Assembly: GCA_041653535.1 (NCBI GenBank)
Contig: JBAZFH010000005.1
Location: 12,012-76,011, forward strand
DNA from: Patescibacteria group bacterium
Lineage (GTDB): Bacteria; Patescibacteriota; Patescibacteriia; JACRDY01
Direction: 5' to 3'
Length of the DNA: 64,000 nucleotides
Below the pieces are notes generated by a model that was not told the origin of the DNA, searched no databases, and was given only the letters and a program-made list of their open reading frames with translations. Both the position numbers and the translations under genes were made by a program. Of this stretch, positions 1-10,236 are shown piece after piece (position 1 is the stretch's first letter; the number at the start of each line of letters is the position of its first letter).

Positions 1-414
1 ACCGCGCACTTGGCGCATCATAAACCAAATCAGTCCAATAAACAAAATTAACGGGATAACGAAAGGTAAGATAGTGTTGAGCCAAAAAGTAGCACCGGTA
101 TCGTCCTGTATTTCCAGGGAAAACTTTTGCATTTTTTCTGAAGTGACGCCGTAGTTTTTAAGCATTGTGGAAAAGGAATCTTCTGGTTCTTTTTTTACTT
201 CTTCCTTAGTACCGTCGGAAAGAACTATTTCCAATTTGTCACCCTTGACTATTATTTTACTAACCTGCTCTTGATTGATTTGCTCCACTACTTTTTCCAG
301 TCCGATGGTTTCGACTTTTTTCTGTAAAGGATTTTCTCCCAAACTAAGTATCGCGGCGATAATCAAAAAAACGACAAAAAAGATAATTATACTGCGCGTA
401 AGGTTATTTTTCAT
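1..414 (-). CDS. ftsH: ATP-dependent zinc metalloprotease FtsH, N-terminal part (5' partial; continues beyond window start)
   Basis: Minus-strand ORF running off the window start, with ATG at 412-414. N-terminus has TM1, a periplasmic segment and a second TM helix ending ...ILPFVIPLILFIGLIWFMMRQVRG, which is characteristic of the FtsH membrane anchor. Confidence 0.55.
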   Translation of the reverse strand, partial: MKNNLTRSIIIFFVVFLIIAAILSLGENPLQKKVETIGLEKVVEQINQEQVSKIIVKGDKLEIVLSDGTKEEVKKEPEDSFSTMLKNYGVTSEKMQKFSLEIQDDTGATFWLNTILPFVIPLILFIGLIWFMMRQVRG

Positions 415-557
415 AATATTTTGTTGTTTCTAATATTTAAGAATTAATCTGATTATAGTACGGTTTAGTCAAAAAAACAAGGTATAGGGATAGAGTATGC
501 GGTATGCGGGGTAGGACTAATTTCCCATATACCGCATACTCACTCCTGCATACTTAA

Positions 558-585
558 AATCCCCGCTTTTGACGGGGATTTTATT
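558..585. terminator. Rho-independent terminator (aatccccgcttttgacggggatttt) downstream of rpsA
   Basis: GC hairpin ccccgc/gcgggg flanked by T/A runs. A preceding 13-bp-stem hairpin sits at 494-543 (gagtatgcggtat...ataccgcatactc). Confidence 0.6.
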
Positions 586-601
586 CTATATTCTATAGAG
601 A

Positions 602-1834
602 TTATTCTTCTTTTTTTTCTTCGACTTTCTCCTCAGCTACTTCTTTCTTTTCTTCCTTATCTGCTTTGACTTTCTTTGCCTTTGGCTTGGCTTCCTTTTT
701 TTCTTCTTTCTTTTCATTCTCTGCCGGAGGCTTCAGACTAAGACCTAAGCGGTGATTTTCCGGCTCTATCGATACGATGGTAAACTCGATAGTATCATTA
801 GCCTTGGCGATCTGAGAAATATCTTCGATCGGTTTATTGGAAAGTTCGGAAATGTGAGCCAGACCATGAATATCCGGATCAAGTTCAACGAATAATCCAA
901 ACGGATTAATCTTGAGTACCTTACCCTTTACTCTTTGACCGATTTGATATTTTTTACCGACATTCTTCCATGGATCGTCCATTAAAGATTTGGTTGATAA
1001 AAATATTTTTGAACCTTCGATATTGATAATTTTAGCTTTGACAGTTTCACCGGGTTTGATGAAATCTTTCGGATCATCGATTCTCTGCCAGGCTAACTCG
1101 GAAATATGGATTAAGCCCTCCAGCTTTTCGCCAAATTCGACAAAAGCACCAAAGTCAGTAACGGCGGTAACCTTTCCTTCCACCATGTCGCCGACCTGAT
1201 ATTTGGCCAGAGTGCTATGCTGCTGTTCTTCCCAAGCGGCTTTTTCCGAAACAATCAATTTTTCATCACGTTCGTCAGCAGTAATCACTTTGACGTTAAA
1301 TTTCATCTTGACGTAACTTTTGAGTTTTTCCAAAATTTTAGCTTTATCGCCGCCAGGAACTCGAGGATAATGTTCCGGACTGAGCTGTGATACCGGCAAA
1401 AATCCCGGGACTTTGTTTACCCGGATCATCAAACCGCCGCGATTAGCATCAATAATTTCAGCCTGAACTATCTTACCTTCGGTCATTAAACTTTCCAGCG
1501 CGTCCCAAACTTTTTGTCTGCCGGCAAAACGGAAAGATAATTCCAATTCGCCATTTTCATTATCAAGATCTATCACGGTTGCCTCGACTTCATCGCCTAA
1601 CTTTAAACCCGAATAATCGTCTGATTCCAAATAAAGCTCCGGACCACGCGCAACGCCGGTGCCATAACCTTCGACATCCAATCTGACTTCTTTACTGGAA
1701 ACACTTAAAACCTTACCTTTTACGGTTTCTCCTATTACCGGCAACTTCAAATAGTTTTCGTCAGCGGCAAGTATTTTAGCCAAATCAGAAACTTTGGCTT
1801 CGTCTTTAATATTCTTTTTTAATTTTGGTGACAT
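602..1834 (-). CDS. rpsA: 30S ribosomal protein S1 (four S1 domains, K/E-rich tail)
   Basis: Repeated S1-domain motifs (GxV.GxV....G.FV.L..G..GL.HISE). Likely start is ATG at 1832-1834 (MSPKLKK) with an AGGTGA SD. The track ORF to 1849 begins at an in-frame GTG that overlaps the SD. Confidence 0.9.
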   Translation of the reverse strand: MSPKLKKNIKDEAKVSDLAKILAADENYLKLPVIGETVKGKVLSVSSKEVRLDVEGYGTGVARGPELYLESDDYSGLKLGDEVEATVIDLDNENGELELSFRFAGRQKVWDALESLMTEGKIVQAEIIDANRGGLMIRVNKVPGFLPVSQLSPEHYPRVPGGDKAKILEKLKSYVKMKFNVKVITADERDEKLIVSEKAAWEEQQHSTLAKYQVGDMVEGKVTAVTDFGAFVEFGEKLEGLIHISELAWQRIDDPKDFIKPGETVKAKIINIEGSKIFLSTKSLMDDPWKNVGKKYQIGQRVKGKVLKINPFGLFVELDPDIHGLAHISELSNKPIEDISQIAKANDTIEFTIVSIEPENHRLGLSLKPPAENEKKEEKKEAKPKAKKVKADKEEKKEVAEEKVEEKKEE

Positions 1835-1961
1835 AAATAAAAAATTCACCTGCTAGGTGAAAGTGTTTATTTTAACCTGTTTGACCTTGTAAATAAAAGC
1901 GGTCAAGACAAGTCCTTAGTACCTAGCTAAGGGTTAGTTAATTAATTTTTAAGGTAAAGCC

Positions 1962-1990
1962 AGTATAATCGATGCCGGGAAATAAGTCAA
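1962..1990 (-). promoter_or_regulatory. Sigma70-like promoter for rpsA (TTGACT-17-TATACT on the minus strand)
   Basis: Reverse complement of 1985-1990 is TTGACT and of 1962-1967 is TATACT, with a 17-bp spacer, upstream of the rpsA leader. Confidence 0.5.
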
Positions 1991-2056
1991 GCATGGTAGT
2001 TGGTAGATGGTAGATGGGGAGTCCCTAGCTACCATCTACTAACTACCTTTACCCGA

Positions 2057-2087
2057 TTTTAAAACCCCCGGCATTTCTACCAGGGGC
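2057..2087 (-). terminator. Rho-independent terminator of pspA-like gene
   Basis: On the minus strand the hairpin cccctgg...ccggggg is followed by TTTTAAAAT. Confidence 0.55.
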
Positions 2088-2099
2088 TTTGTTGAATGG

Positions 2100-2878
2100 T
2101 TAAGTCACGACCGGGGTCTTCGGACCCACGGTCTTTTCGATTTCAGCCAGCGTTTCCTCGCCGGCGATAGGACCCACGGTCTTTTCCGTCGCCGAAGCAA
2201 CGGTCGTGGGAGACACAAGACCCAGCTCGACCTCGAACTGCTTGAGCAGTTCGTTGGCCTGTATTTTCTGGGCCTCTTTTTCAATTTCGAGACCCTGGAT
2301 ATCAATATTATCCAGAGCCATTTCCATTTTGGCTTGGGAAAGCGCCGCCTCGCGATCGATTCTTTCGATCATTTCATCGTGAGTGGCATCGATCCCTCCA
2401 ACCTGAAATTGTTCCATGGCGCCGGCGACTCTCGCCTGCCATTGGTTTTGCTTATGCAGCGCCAACGCCTGCTGCACTTTTTCGATGCGGCGAGACATTT
2501 CGGCCATGAAGACATCCTTAACCCTCATCGCCCTGTCTTTGGCTTCCAGCGCAACTCGCAGCTGTGCCTCATCGCTGGCACAGTCACCGTTCTCTTGCTC
2601 CAATGTAGTCGCGTAGCCGAGCGCCATATCACGGCGACCGACCTGCAATGATGCCTTGATTCGCGACTTAAGCTGCTCGATTTTTTCCCGTCGAGCGTCA
2701 AGTCGACTTTGAATGATGGTCGCATTCGCAACCATCATCGCAATGCCTTCGTTCATTTTCGGGACTTGCTCACGCAGCTCCCGAAGGTTTTGGCGAAGAA
2801 TTTTTTCCGGATCCTCCAAGGACTCAATCGCCCCACCAAGGAACGAACGCAACCACCGACGAAAACGCTTCCACATAG
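2100..2878 (-). CDS. pspA: PspA/IM30 (Vipp1) family protein
   Basis: N-terminal MWKRFRRWLRS..ESLEDPEKILRQNLRELREQV and a coiled-coil profile typical of PspA/IM30. GGAGGG SD sits before the second ATG (2876-2878). Gene is noticeably more GC-rich than its flanks. C-terminus has an EKTVGP direct repeat. Confidence 0.75.
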
Positions 2879-3179
2879 TATCCCTCCTCATTATTATTTC
2901 AATTTCAAATTAAAACGTTTTTATGTTTATGTTAATGAACAAACCAAAACATTAATGTAATAGCTTAATATAAAAATAAAAAATTGTCAATAGATGTTGG
3001 TAATTAGCAGGTGATGGCTGTGACGAACAACCAACGTACTTAAAACCATCTTGCGAACAGACCTAAATTAACAGTAATTTATACAATTCCCGACTCCCAA
3101 CCCCTGTGATCACCCCTTTTAAAATTATTTTTTTCATGCTAAAATGAAAACGTTATTTAACTATTTTTGTCTTATTTTT

Positions 3180-3830
3180 ATGCAAATTTCGTGGCTAGGA
3201 CACTCTTGTTTCAAAATCGAAACTAAAGGCGATAACGACACCGTTACCCTAGTTATCGACCCTTTCGAAGATTCCCTGGGAATCAAAATGTCATCTTGTA
3301 AAGCAGATGTTGTTTTAGTTACTCACGATCACACCGACCACAACAATATAGCCGCTATCAAAAGCGAACCGTTTGTTATCAAAGGCGCCGGCGAATATGA
3401 GGTGAAAAAAATAGTTGTCTATGGCGTCCCCACTTTTCACGATGATACTAAGGGAATAGAACGCGGAACTAACACCTGTTTTCGTATCGACGCTGAAGGA
3501 TTGTCTATCGCCCATCTTGGTGATTTGGGACACACTTTGACCGACGAACAGCTGGAGTTGCTCGAAGGAGTAGATGTTTTAATGATTCCTGTCGGTGGTA
3601 AATATACTCTTGATGCCAAACAGGCAAGCGAGGTGGTATCACAAATAGAGCCAAGGCTGGTTTTGCCGATGCATTTTAAATATCCCGGAGTCAGAGCAGA
3701 GCTGGACGGAGTAGAAGTTTTTCTTAAAGAACTAGGCACTAAAAAACAAGATAATATCGACAAACTAAAAATAAACAAAAAAGACCTTATTAATGAAGAT
3801 ACTCAGGTAGTACTTCTTAATGTTTCTTAA
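3180..3830 (+). CDS. UPF0173-family metallo-beta-lactamase-fold metal-dependent hydrolase
   Basis: MQISWLGHSCFKIE...VLVTHDHTDH (HxHxDH motif). Start chosen at the family-typical M(K/Q)I(T/S)WLGHS; the track ORF begins at 3144. Confidence 0.7.
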   Translation: MQISWLGHSCFKIETKGDNDTVTLVIDPFEDSLGIKMSSCKADVVLVTHDHTDHNNIAAIKSEPFVIKGAGEYEVKKIVVYGVPTFHDDTKGIERGTNTCFRIDAEGLSIAHLGDLGHTLTDEQLELLEGVDVLMIPVGGKYTLDAKQASEVVSQIEPRLVLPMHFKYPGVRAELDGVEVFLKELGTKKQDNIDKLKINKKDLINEDTQVVLLNVS

Positions 3831-3844
3831 AAAAAACAAAAAAT

Positions 3845-4552
3845 ATGCCCGAGCATAAAAACAAAAAAGCTCGTCAAAAATCAGAACATAAGATAAGCGT
3901 TTTTCCAGTCGAACCGGCTGAACACGACAGCAAGAAAAAAGCTATCATGACTTTAATTATAGTAATTTTGATGATTATCATATTTTGTGGCTGGATCTGG
4001 TCGCTCAAGTTTAGCTTTAACCAGCGGGAAATCACCGATGAAGAATTGGCTAAAGAAAAACAATGGGAGCTGCTCAAAGGCGAAATCGATGATTCTTTTG
4101 CCAGTATCAAAAAAAATCTGGCTAAAATAAAAAATTCTCTGGATGTCCAAGAAAAAGCCGCCAATCTTAACCAGACCGAGATAGAAAGGCTTAAAGACAG
4201 CCTGAATAAAGAGATGATAAACAACTGGATAACCTACAGTAATTTTGACTATAATTTTTCGATAAAGTATCCGGCGACATGGCAGCAGGAAACACGAGAA
4301 GGAAAAATCACTTTTAGCGAGAATGGAAAAGAAATGGCGACTATTATTATCGCTCCGGAAATCGCCAGACCAAAAGTCGCCGATGATAAAATAAAAATTT
4401 TCTTTTTAGACAATACTGAAGCCCGACTATATACCGACGCAAATACCAACACGGTGATCGCCGCCTTACCGGAAGGCAAAAACGATATTGCTATTTCGGG
4501 ATCAGGCGCAACCACGGAACAAATGGCGTCGACTTTCAAATTTATTAAATAG
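3845..4552 (+). CDS. hypothetical membrane-anchored protein (N-in single TM, coiled-coil)
   Basis: ORF with a basic N-terminus, TM helix LIIVILMIIIFCGWIW and a coiled-coil segment. No recognisable family. Confidence 0.5.
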   Translation: MPEHKNKKARQKSEHKISVFPVEPAEHDSKKKAIMTLIIVILMIIIFCGWIWSLKFSFNQREITDEELAKEKQWELLKGEIDDSFASIKKNLAKIKNSLDVQEKAANLNQTEIERLKDSLNKEMINNWITYSNFDYNFSIKYPATWQQETREGKITFSENGKEMATIIIAPEIARPKVADDKIKIFFLDNTEARLYTDANTNTVIAALPEGKNDIAISGSGATTEQMASTFKFIK

Positions 4553-4630
4553 TTATCATAGAATAAGCTGGTCATGCCCAAGGCTAGTACAACCACTAGC
4601 TGTCAAGCCACTAGCTCCTAGCCACTAATT

Positions 4631-7183
4631 ATGAAAAAACTTTCCAAGAGAAAACCGATTGGTTCTCCAAAAGATAAAATGCCGGAAGAACAACCAAAAA
4701 ACGCAAAACCGCAAACATTGCCGATAAAAACCGAATCGACTAACGAAGGCAAATTAATGCTGCAACCGCTAGTAGATGAAATGAAGCAATGTTATCTGGA
4801 TTACGCCATGTCGGTTATAGTTTCACGCGCTTTGCCGGATGTTCGTGACGGCATGAAACCAGTCCATCGCAGGATTCTTTATGCCATGTGGACGCTGGGT
4901 CTGCGTCACTCTGCCAAATTCCGCAAATCAGCAACCGTGGTCGGAGAAGTTCTCGGTAATTACCATCCGCATGGTGATGCCGCGGTATATGACTCCATGG
5001 TTCGCTTGGCACAAGATTTTAACATGCGCTATCAGTTAATATCCGGTCAGGGCAACTTTGGTTCGGTAGACGGCGATCCAGCGGCGGCCATGCGTTATAC
5101 CGAGGCCAAGCTTGCTTCTGTTTCCGAAGAACTACTACTGGATATAGAAAAAAATACTGTTAATTTCGTTCCCAACTACGACGGATCAAAAAAAGAACCG
5201 ACCGTACTCCCGGCCAAACTGCCGAATCTACTGCTCAACGGCGGTATGGGCATTGCCGTTGGTATGGCTACCAGTATCCCGCCACACAATCTGACCGAAC
5301 TATGCGACGGCACTGTTGCTGTAATCGACAATCCCAAAATCACTGTCGAAGAATTAATGCAATATATCAAAGGTCCGGATTTCCCTACCGGCGGAACGAT
5401 TTTTAATATTGAAGAAATTAAATCCGCCTATGGCACCGGAAAAGGCGGTATCATAATGCGCGCCAAAAGTGAAATAGTTGAAGAAAGAGGTACTTTCAAA
5501 ATTATTATCACCGAAATTCCTTATCAGGTGAATAAAGCAACCCTGATGGAAAAAATCGCCGATTTGGTCCGTGAAAAAAAGATCGACGCTATAAAAGATC
5601 TGCGGGATGAATCTTCGAAAGAAGGTATTCGCATTGTTATTGAACTAAAAAAAGATTCTTATCCGAAAAAAGTCCTCAATCAGTTATACAAACACACACA
5701 ACTACAAGAAAGTTTTCACGTAAACATGCTTGCTCTAGTCGACGGTATACAGCCGCGAGTTTTGAATTTAAAAATGATTTTGGAAGAATATATAAAGCAC
5801 CGTCAAGAAGTAATCGCCAGACGTACGCAATACGATCTGGACAAAGCCAAAGACCGTGCCCATATTTTGGAAGGTTTGATGATTGCCCTAAACAAAATCG
5901 ATGCGGTGATTAAAGTTATCAAATCGTCAAAAGACAAAGATGTTGCCAAAACTAATTTGATGAGCAAGTTCAAACTGTCCGAACGCCAAGCGGTCGCCAT
6001 TCTGGAAATGCGACTGCAAAATCTGGCAAACCTTGAACAGCTAAAAATTGAAACCGAACTCAAAGAAAAACGCCAGCTGATCAAAGAATTGACCGAGATA
6101 CTCAACTCACCAAAAAGAATTCTAGGTATTATCAAGGGCGAATTAAAAGAAATCAGGGATAAATATGGCGACGAACGCCGAACCAAAATTGTTAACTCCG
6201 CACCGGATAAATTTACCATGGAAGACCTGGTTCCAGACGAAGCGACGATTGTTACCATCACTAAAGACGGCTATATCAAACGCCTTTCTCCGGAAAATTT
6301 TCGCACCCAGTCTCGCGGCGGTAAAGGAGTACTTGGTCTAACTACCAAAGAAGAGGATACCGTCGATCAATTCTTCTCCACCTCTACTCATTCCGACCTG
6401 ATGTTTTTTACCAACAGCGGCAAAGTATTCCAACTCAAAGCCTATGACATCCCGGCTGCTTCCCGCACTGCCAAAGGACAATCGATTGTTAATTTTTTAC
6501 AGCTAACCAGTAATGAAAAAATCACTACCGCACTTTCCCTCAAAGAACTTTCTGATCAAAAATATCTGGTAATGGTTACCAAACACGGCGTGATCAAAAA
6601 AGTAGAAATCACTGCTTTTGAAAACGTCCGCCGCAACGGTCTGATTGCCGTCCGACTCAAAGGTGACGACGAACTGCGCTGGGTCAAATATTCTTCTGGT
6701 AAAGACGAAATAATATTGATGTCATCTGGCGGCCAAGCAATTCGTTTCAAAGAAAACACTATTCGCGCTATGGGTCGCGGCGCTGCCGGAGTCCGCGGCA
6801 TGCGCCTCAAAGGTAATGATGAGATAGTCGGCATGGATGTTGTCAGCGGCAAAACAACCGACGCCGAATTAATGGTGATTATGGAACACGGTTTTGGTAA
6901 GCGCAGTAAACTATCCAACTACAAAGTCCAGGGTCGCGGCGGCTCAGGTATCAAAACCGCCAAAATCACTCCTAAGACCGGAAAAATAGTCATTGGAGAG
7001 ATTATCGACCTCAAGGCTCTACCCGAAACTTCCACCGGTGATGTTGTTGTCGTCTCGGAAAAAGGTCAAGTAATTCGCCTGCCGCTCAAATCAGTACCGA
7101 TTATCGGTCGCGCCACCCAGGGCGTAAGGATTATGAGGTTTAAAGAAGACGGTGATAAAGTAGTTTCAGTTGCCCTAGTCTAA
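4631..7183 (+). CDS. gyrA: DNA gyrase subunit A
   Basis: Active-site region AMRYTEAKL, the QRDR-like stretch [19 protein letters not shown], and C-terminal beta-pinwheel repeats. Confidence 0.95.
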   Translation: MKKLSKRKPIGSPKDKMPEEQPKNAKPQTLPIKTESTNEGKLMLQPLVDEMKQCYLDYAMSVIVSRALPDVRDGMKPVHRRILYAMWTLGLRHSAKFRKSATVVGEVLGNYHPHGDAAVYDSMVRLAQDFNMRYQLISGQGNFGSVDGDPAAAMRYTEAKLASVSEELLLDIEKNTVNFVPNYDGSKKEPTVLPAKLPNLLLNGGMGIAVGMATSIPPHNLTELCDGTVAVIDNPKITVEELMQYIKGPDFPTGGTIFNIEEIKSAYGTGKGGIIMRAKSEIVEERGTFKIIITEIPYQVNKATLMEKIADLVREKKIDAIKDLRDESSKEGIRIVIELKKDSYPKKVLNQLYKHTQLQESFHVNMLALVDGIQPRVLNLKMILEEYIKHRQEVIARRTQYDLDKAKDRAHILEGLMIALNKIDAVIKVIKSSKDKDVAKTNLMSKFKLSERQAVAILEMRLQNLANLEQLKIETELKEKRQLIKELTEILNSPKRILGIIKGELKEIRDKYGDERRTKIVNSAPDKFTMEDLVPDEATIVTITKDGYIKRLSPENFRTQSRGGKGVLGLTTKEEDTVDQFFSTSTHSDLMFFTNSGKVFQLKAYDIPAASRTAKGQSIVNFLQLTSNEKITTALSLKELSDQKYLVMVTKHGVIKKVEITAFENVRRNGLIAVRLKGDDELRWVKYSSGKDEIILMSSGGQAIRFKENTIRAMGRGAAGVRGMRLKGNDEIVGMDVVSGKTTDAELMVIMEHGFGKRSKLSNYKVQGRGGSGIKTAKITPKTGKIVIGEIIDLKALPETSTGDVVVVSEKGQVIRLPLKSVPIIGRATQGVRIMRFKEDGDKVVSVALV

Positions 7184-7207
7184 ACAAAAAAAAGTAAAAT
7201 AAAAAAA

Positions 7208-7238
7208 TCGCCCTGCATAACACGGGGCGGTTTTTTTA
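7208..7238. terminator. Rho-independent terminator (cgccctgcataacacggggcg + T7), shared by gyrA and the convergent gene
   Basis: GC hairpin followed by TTTTTTT on the plus strand; A-run on the other side allows minus-strand use. Confidence 0.7.
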
Positions 7239-7685
7239 TCATAAAGAAACTTTAATTCGTTTTATTGTTTGATTACTCCCCCGCACATCTATCTTATCAA
7301 CTATCAATTCTTTAGCATGCAGACCAAAATTTTCGATTTTATTAATCTGCTTTTGAATACTGCTATTTGGTTTCAATAATATTAAGACTCCTGTTTCAAA
7401 AACTTTTACATATGCTACCAGACACTGTCCATCTTTTTTTGTCCCTTTTTCTAAGCCAAAAAACGGAGTAGCCAGTAAAACCTCGTCAGCGGCGCTATCC
7501 ATTCCTGCCGCTAGTCGCTCCTCGCTAAAAACTTTATTATCCCAAACCAAATTTTCCTGATGAAAAAGATTGATCGTCGGCGCAACCACAAAATCAGCCG
7601 CTTTTAATATCTCTTCGGCTTCTTGCGAGTCGTACGACTTGCGAAGACTTCCGATTTTTTCTTCTTCCCAAACAGGCACTTCCAT
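7239..7685 (-). CDS. hypothetical protein (148 aa)
   Basis: Clean ORF convergent with gyrA. No obvious SD and no family recognised. Confidence 0.4.
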   Translation of the reverse strand: MEVPVWEEEKIGSLRKSYDSQEAEEILKAADFVVAPTINLFHQENLVWDNKVFSEERLAAGMDSAADEVLLATPFFGLEKGTKKDGQCLVAYVKVFETGVLILLKPNSSIQKQINKIENFGLHAKELIVDKIDVRGSNQTIKRIKVSL

Positions 7686-7735
7686 ATGTATTTATTAAAG
7701 CATTGAAAAAGCAAAAAAGCAAAAAAACCCAGCCA

Positions 7736-7764
7736 TTGACTTTTAACTTAGGTTATGATTAAAT
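7736..7764 (+). promoter_or_regulatory. Sigma70-like promoter (TTGACT-17-TTAAAT) driving the repeat-containing non-coding transcript
   Basis: TTGACT at 7736-7741, 17-bp spacer, TTAAAT at 7759-7764. Confidence 0.45.
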
Positions 7765-7830
7765 TACCTATCCAACAAACTGTAGACGAGGTGAAAGTGG
7801 GCTTATTGAGACATCTTAATACTTGTTTAC

Positions 7831-8200
7831 TTACCTCGTCCCTTCTCTAAAGACTTCCTTGTCAAAGTTTTTAGAGAGGGTAAAAGATGCGCTGCGTAGC
7901 CAAATAAAATAAAAAGCTGGCTGGCGATGTCAATTTTTACCCTCTACCACAATTCAACTCGGGCGAGGCGAAAAGGAGGTTATTAAATCATCATAATGAA
8001 GCATAATCTTTTACCTCGCCCCTTCTCTAAAGATTTTCCACTAAAATTTTTAGAGAGGGTAAAAGAAGTGAAGGATAGTCTAGGAAAGACTGAAAAATGT
8101 AATTTTTTTCCCTCTGCCACAACTTGGCTCGGGCGAGACGACAATGACTGTATTAAATTTACTAACGAACCTCGTCTTATCTCGCCCCTTCTCTCTTTTT
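7831..8200. repeat. tandem repeat, period about 180 bp, 2 full + 1 partial copies
   Basis: Unit 1 at 7831-8010, unit 2 at 8011-8190, partial unit from 8181. Conserved blocks ttacctcg(t/c)cccttctctaaaga, tttttagagagggtaaaaga, tttt(a/t)ccctct(a/g)ccacaa, ctcgggcgag. Confidence 0.8.
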
Positions 8201-8227
8201 TTATTATAAAAACCAATAAATCAACTA

Positions 8228-8258
8228 CCGCCTTGTTCAAAAACAGGCGGTTTTTTTT
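8228..8258 (+). terminator. Rho-independent terminator (ccgccttgtt caaa aacaggcgg + T8)
   Basis: Hairpin followed by TTTTTTTT. Confidence 0.7.
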
Positions 8259-8327
8259 ACGCCAAAGAACCTTACAATCTTGTCAAACTGGTGAATAAAA
8301 ATAAATCGTAAGCATTTAAAATGACAC

Positions 8328-8356
8328 TTGACAATTACTAAAAATTCAGATAAATT
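8328..8356 (+). promoter_or_regulatory. Sigma70-like promoter (TTGACA-17-TAAATT) for the 8446 gene
   Basis: TTGACA at 8328-8333, 17-bp spacer, TAAATT at 8351-8356. The roughly 90-nt leader contains hairpins. Confidence 0.45.
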
Positions 8357-8445
8357 ACCAGCGACCAACATAATGTTGGTGTTCATTTCACCCCATCCTT
8401 TGTGACTAGCCCAAGAGCGCTAGCCACCAAAAAAGGAGATTAATC

Positions 8446-9306
8446 ATGCCAGAATTTAGAGACCATGGAAGACCCCCGCTGATGATCGACAGGTTGGTAG
8501 AGCAAATCAAAGCTACTACCACGCCATTTAAAATGGCGATCGCTCTGATCAAAACCATCAACACTTTAGACGGTCGCACTCCTTCGGAAATATTTTCCAC
8601 CTGGGTAGATTTGGTAAACCACTTCAGCGTCTTAAGTAGAATGAACCAGCATCTATTTCACAGCATAGTATCACCGGGAACCGAAGAAGCGCGTGACCTC
8701 ACCAAAGCATCTCTCGAAGGTCTCTCCCGCCGACTCCGCATACCCACTTCTCATTTAACAGACATTTATTCTGGTCGTGCACGACCTCTGGCAAAAATGG
8801 AAGAGGGTAACCGTTTGATTGTCGAATCATTAATAGACGTCTTTAATCGTAGCTGGAGATGTTATTGGTGGCTCGAAAAACGCGATCAGGCGTATGTTGT
8901 CGAATTTCTGATTGCCGCCCACAACTACTATAACAAACTTGCAAAGAAAGAAAGCTATGACGGCGAATACCTCAAAAAGGTCATTGACACGCTAATGAAG
9001 TGCGGTCAATGGGGACTCTTCCGGCAAAATAACAAGGTCTACTTGATTCCTCAAATATTTTATCTTTTGAACCCAACGGCTCAATTACAGTGGAGTGATT
9101 GGAGTCGGCTGACTGACGGCGGTTCAGGGTTGGCTAAAAACGACAAAAAAACGATCAAAAATGATATTGATTTAATCCTGGCTACGGCTGGTGAAGCACT
9201 TAGCGTAGAAATATCCCGTACCGATTTATATGATTCGGAACAGGAAAACGCCGCCCAGACATTACTGTATCTCATCGCCGTAGTATTTTTTAGGAACGCT
9301 TTATAA
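8446..9306 (+). CDS. hypothetical protein (286 aa)
   Basis: ORF preceded by an AAAAGGAG SD and followed by the terminator at 9314-9342. No family recognised. Confidence 0.55.
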   Translation: MPEFRDHGRPPLMIDRLVEQIKATTTPFKMAIALIKTINTLDGRTPSEIFSTWVDLVNHFSVLSRMNQHLFHSIVSPGTEEARDLTKASLEGLSRRLRIPTSHLTDIYSGRARPLAKMEEGNRLIVESLIDVFNRSWRCYWWLEKRDQAYVVEFLIAAHNYYNKLAKKESYDGEYLKKVIDTLMKCGQWGLFRQNNKVYLIPQIFYLLNPTAQLQWSDWSRLTDGGSGLAKNDKKTIKNDIDLILATAGEALSVEISRTDLYDSEQENAAQTLLYLIAVVFFRNAL

Positions 9307-9313
9307 CATCCGA

Positions 9314-9342
9314 ACCCCGCTTCAACCAAAGCGGGGTTTAAT
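9314..9342 (+). terminator. Rho-independent terminator (ccccgcttcaaccaaagcgggg ttt)
   Basis: Hairpin plus T-run. Confidence 0.6.
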
Positions 9343-9421
9343 CTTGCCAAAAACAATAAAATCATATATATTACTTGCAGTTTTTCCTAACCACTAACTA
9401 CTAATCACTAACCACTATATT

Positions 9422-9640
9422 ATGACAATTCCAGCCAAACGTAGACCAAAATCAAAAACTAGGATGGGGCGATCTCACCAAGCCCTCAAAGGCATTACCC
9501 TGGGTAAATGTCCGAAATGTAAAAAACCGATGCTACCTCACCGCGCCTGCGGTTATTGCGGATATTATAAAAACAGAGAAATAGTCAAGGTTAAAACCAA
9601 ACTTGCCAAGTCTAAAAATAGCAAGGCCGAGGAAAAATAA
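9422..9640 (+). CDS. rpmF: 50S ribosomal protein L32
   Basis: MTIPAKRRPKSKTRMGRSHQALK...CPKCKKPMLPHRACGYCGYY matches the bL32 signature and its zinc ribbon. Confidence 0.85.
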   Translation: MTIPAKRRPKSKTRMGRSHQALKGITLGKCPKCKKPMLPHRACGYCGYYKNREIVKVKTKLAKSKNSKAEEK

Positions 9641-9651
9641 AATAAAAAAAT

Positions 9652-10131
9652 ATGTCTAGCCGACACTTAAGTCGCACCGTAGCCATGCAAACCCTTTATC
9701 AATGGGATTTTAGCGGTTGCAAAGATGACGTAAAAAGCATTTTGGAACACAATTTGTCCGAAATCGCTCCCGGTATGGAGGATTATAGTTTCCCGGAAAA
9801 TATTATTAATGGCGTGCTGAAGAACCAAAAAGAAATTGATAAGCTAATCGTCAAATTTGCTCCCGAATGGCCGTTGGAAAAAATCACTATTGTCGACCGG
9901 AATATTTTGCGTATCGGCATATACGAACTAAAGTTTGACCCGGAAATCCCAGCCAAAGTCGTGATCAATGAAGCAATCGAAATAGCCAAAACTTTCAGCG
10001 GTGAAAGCAGCGGCAAGTTTGTCAACGGAGTCCTCGGAGCCATATATAAAGAAATGGGCGAAAAACACACCCCCAACGATACCAAAGAAAACGAAAACAA
10101 AGAAACTAAGACCGAGGAAGTTAAAACCTAA
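9652..10131 (+). CDS. nusB: transcription antitermination factor NusB
   Basis: [15 protein letters not shown] at the N-terminus and FVNGVLGAI at the C-terminus, as in NusB. Confidence 0.8.
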   Translation: MSSRHLSRTVAMQTLYQWDFSGCKDDVKSILEHNLSEIAPGMEDYSFPENIINGVLKNQKEIDKLIVKFAPEWPLEKITIVDRNILRIGIYELKFDPEIPAKVVINEAIEIAKTFSGESSGKFVNGVLGAIYKEMGEKHTPNDTKENENKETKTEEVKT

Positions 10132-10236
10132 GGAAACAAAATAACTTTAAAAAATAATCTCTGCCCAAATACCAGGATACCGGAAAATAAAAAAAGCCGA
10201 TGTCCCGATATTTTGACAGGTGGACGTAATGACTTT

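Larger units (their letters stand above)
7771..8258 (+). ncRNA. candidate structured non-coding RNA built from about 2.5 tandem 180-bp modules (promoter to terminator)
   Basis: No credible ORF. Bounded by the promoter at 7736-7764 and the terminator at 8228-8258. Each module has conserved helices: cccttctctaaag/ttttagagaggg, and gacgaggt/acctcgtc, gggcgagg/cctcgccc, gggcgaga/tctcgccc, which covary while staying paired. Confidence 0.4.

Noticed and set aside
7831-8200. CRISPR-like interpretation of the 180-bp repeats
   Set aside because: The unit is far longer than a CRISPR repeat. There is no repeat-spacer alternation and no cas genes in the window.
7983-8298. 85-aa and 100-aa ORFs across the 180-bp tandem repeat region
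   Set aside because: They read through repeated structured sequence on both strands and have no SD. The region is better explained as a non-coding transcript.
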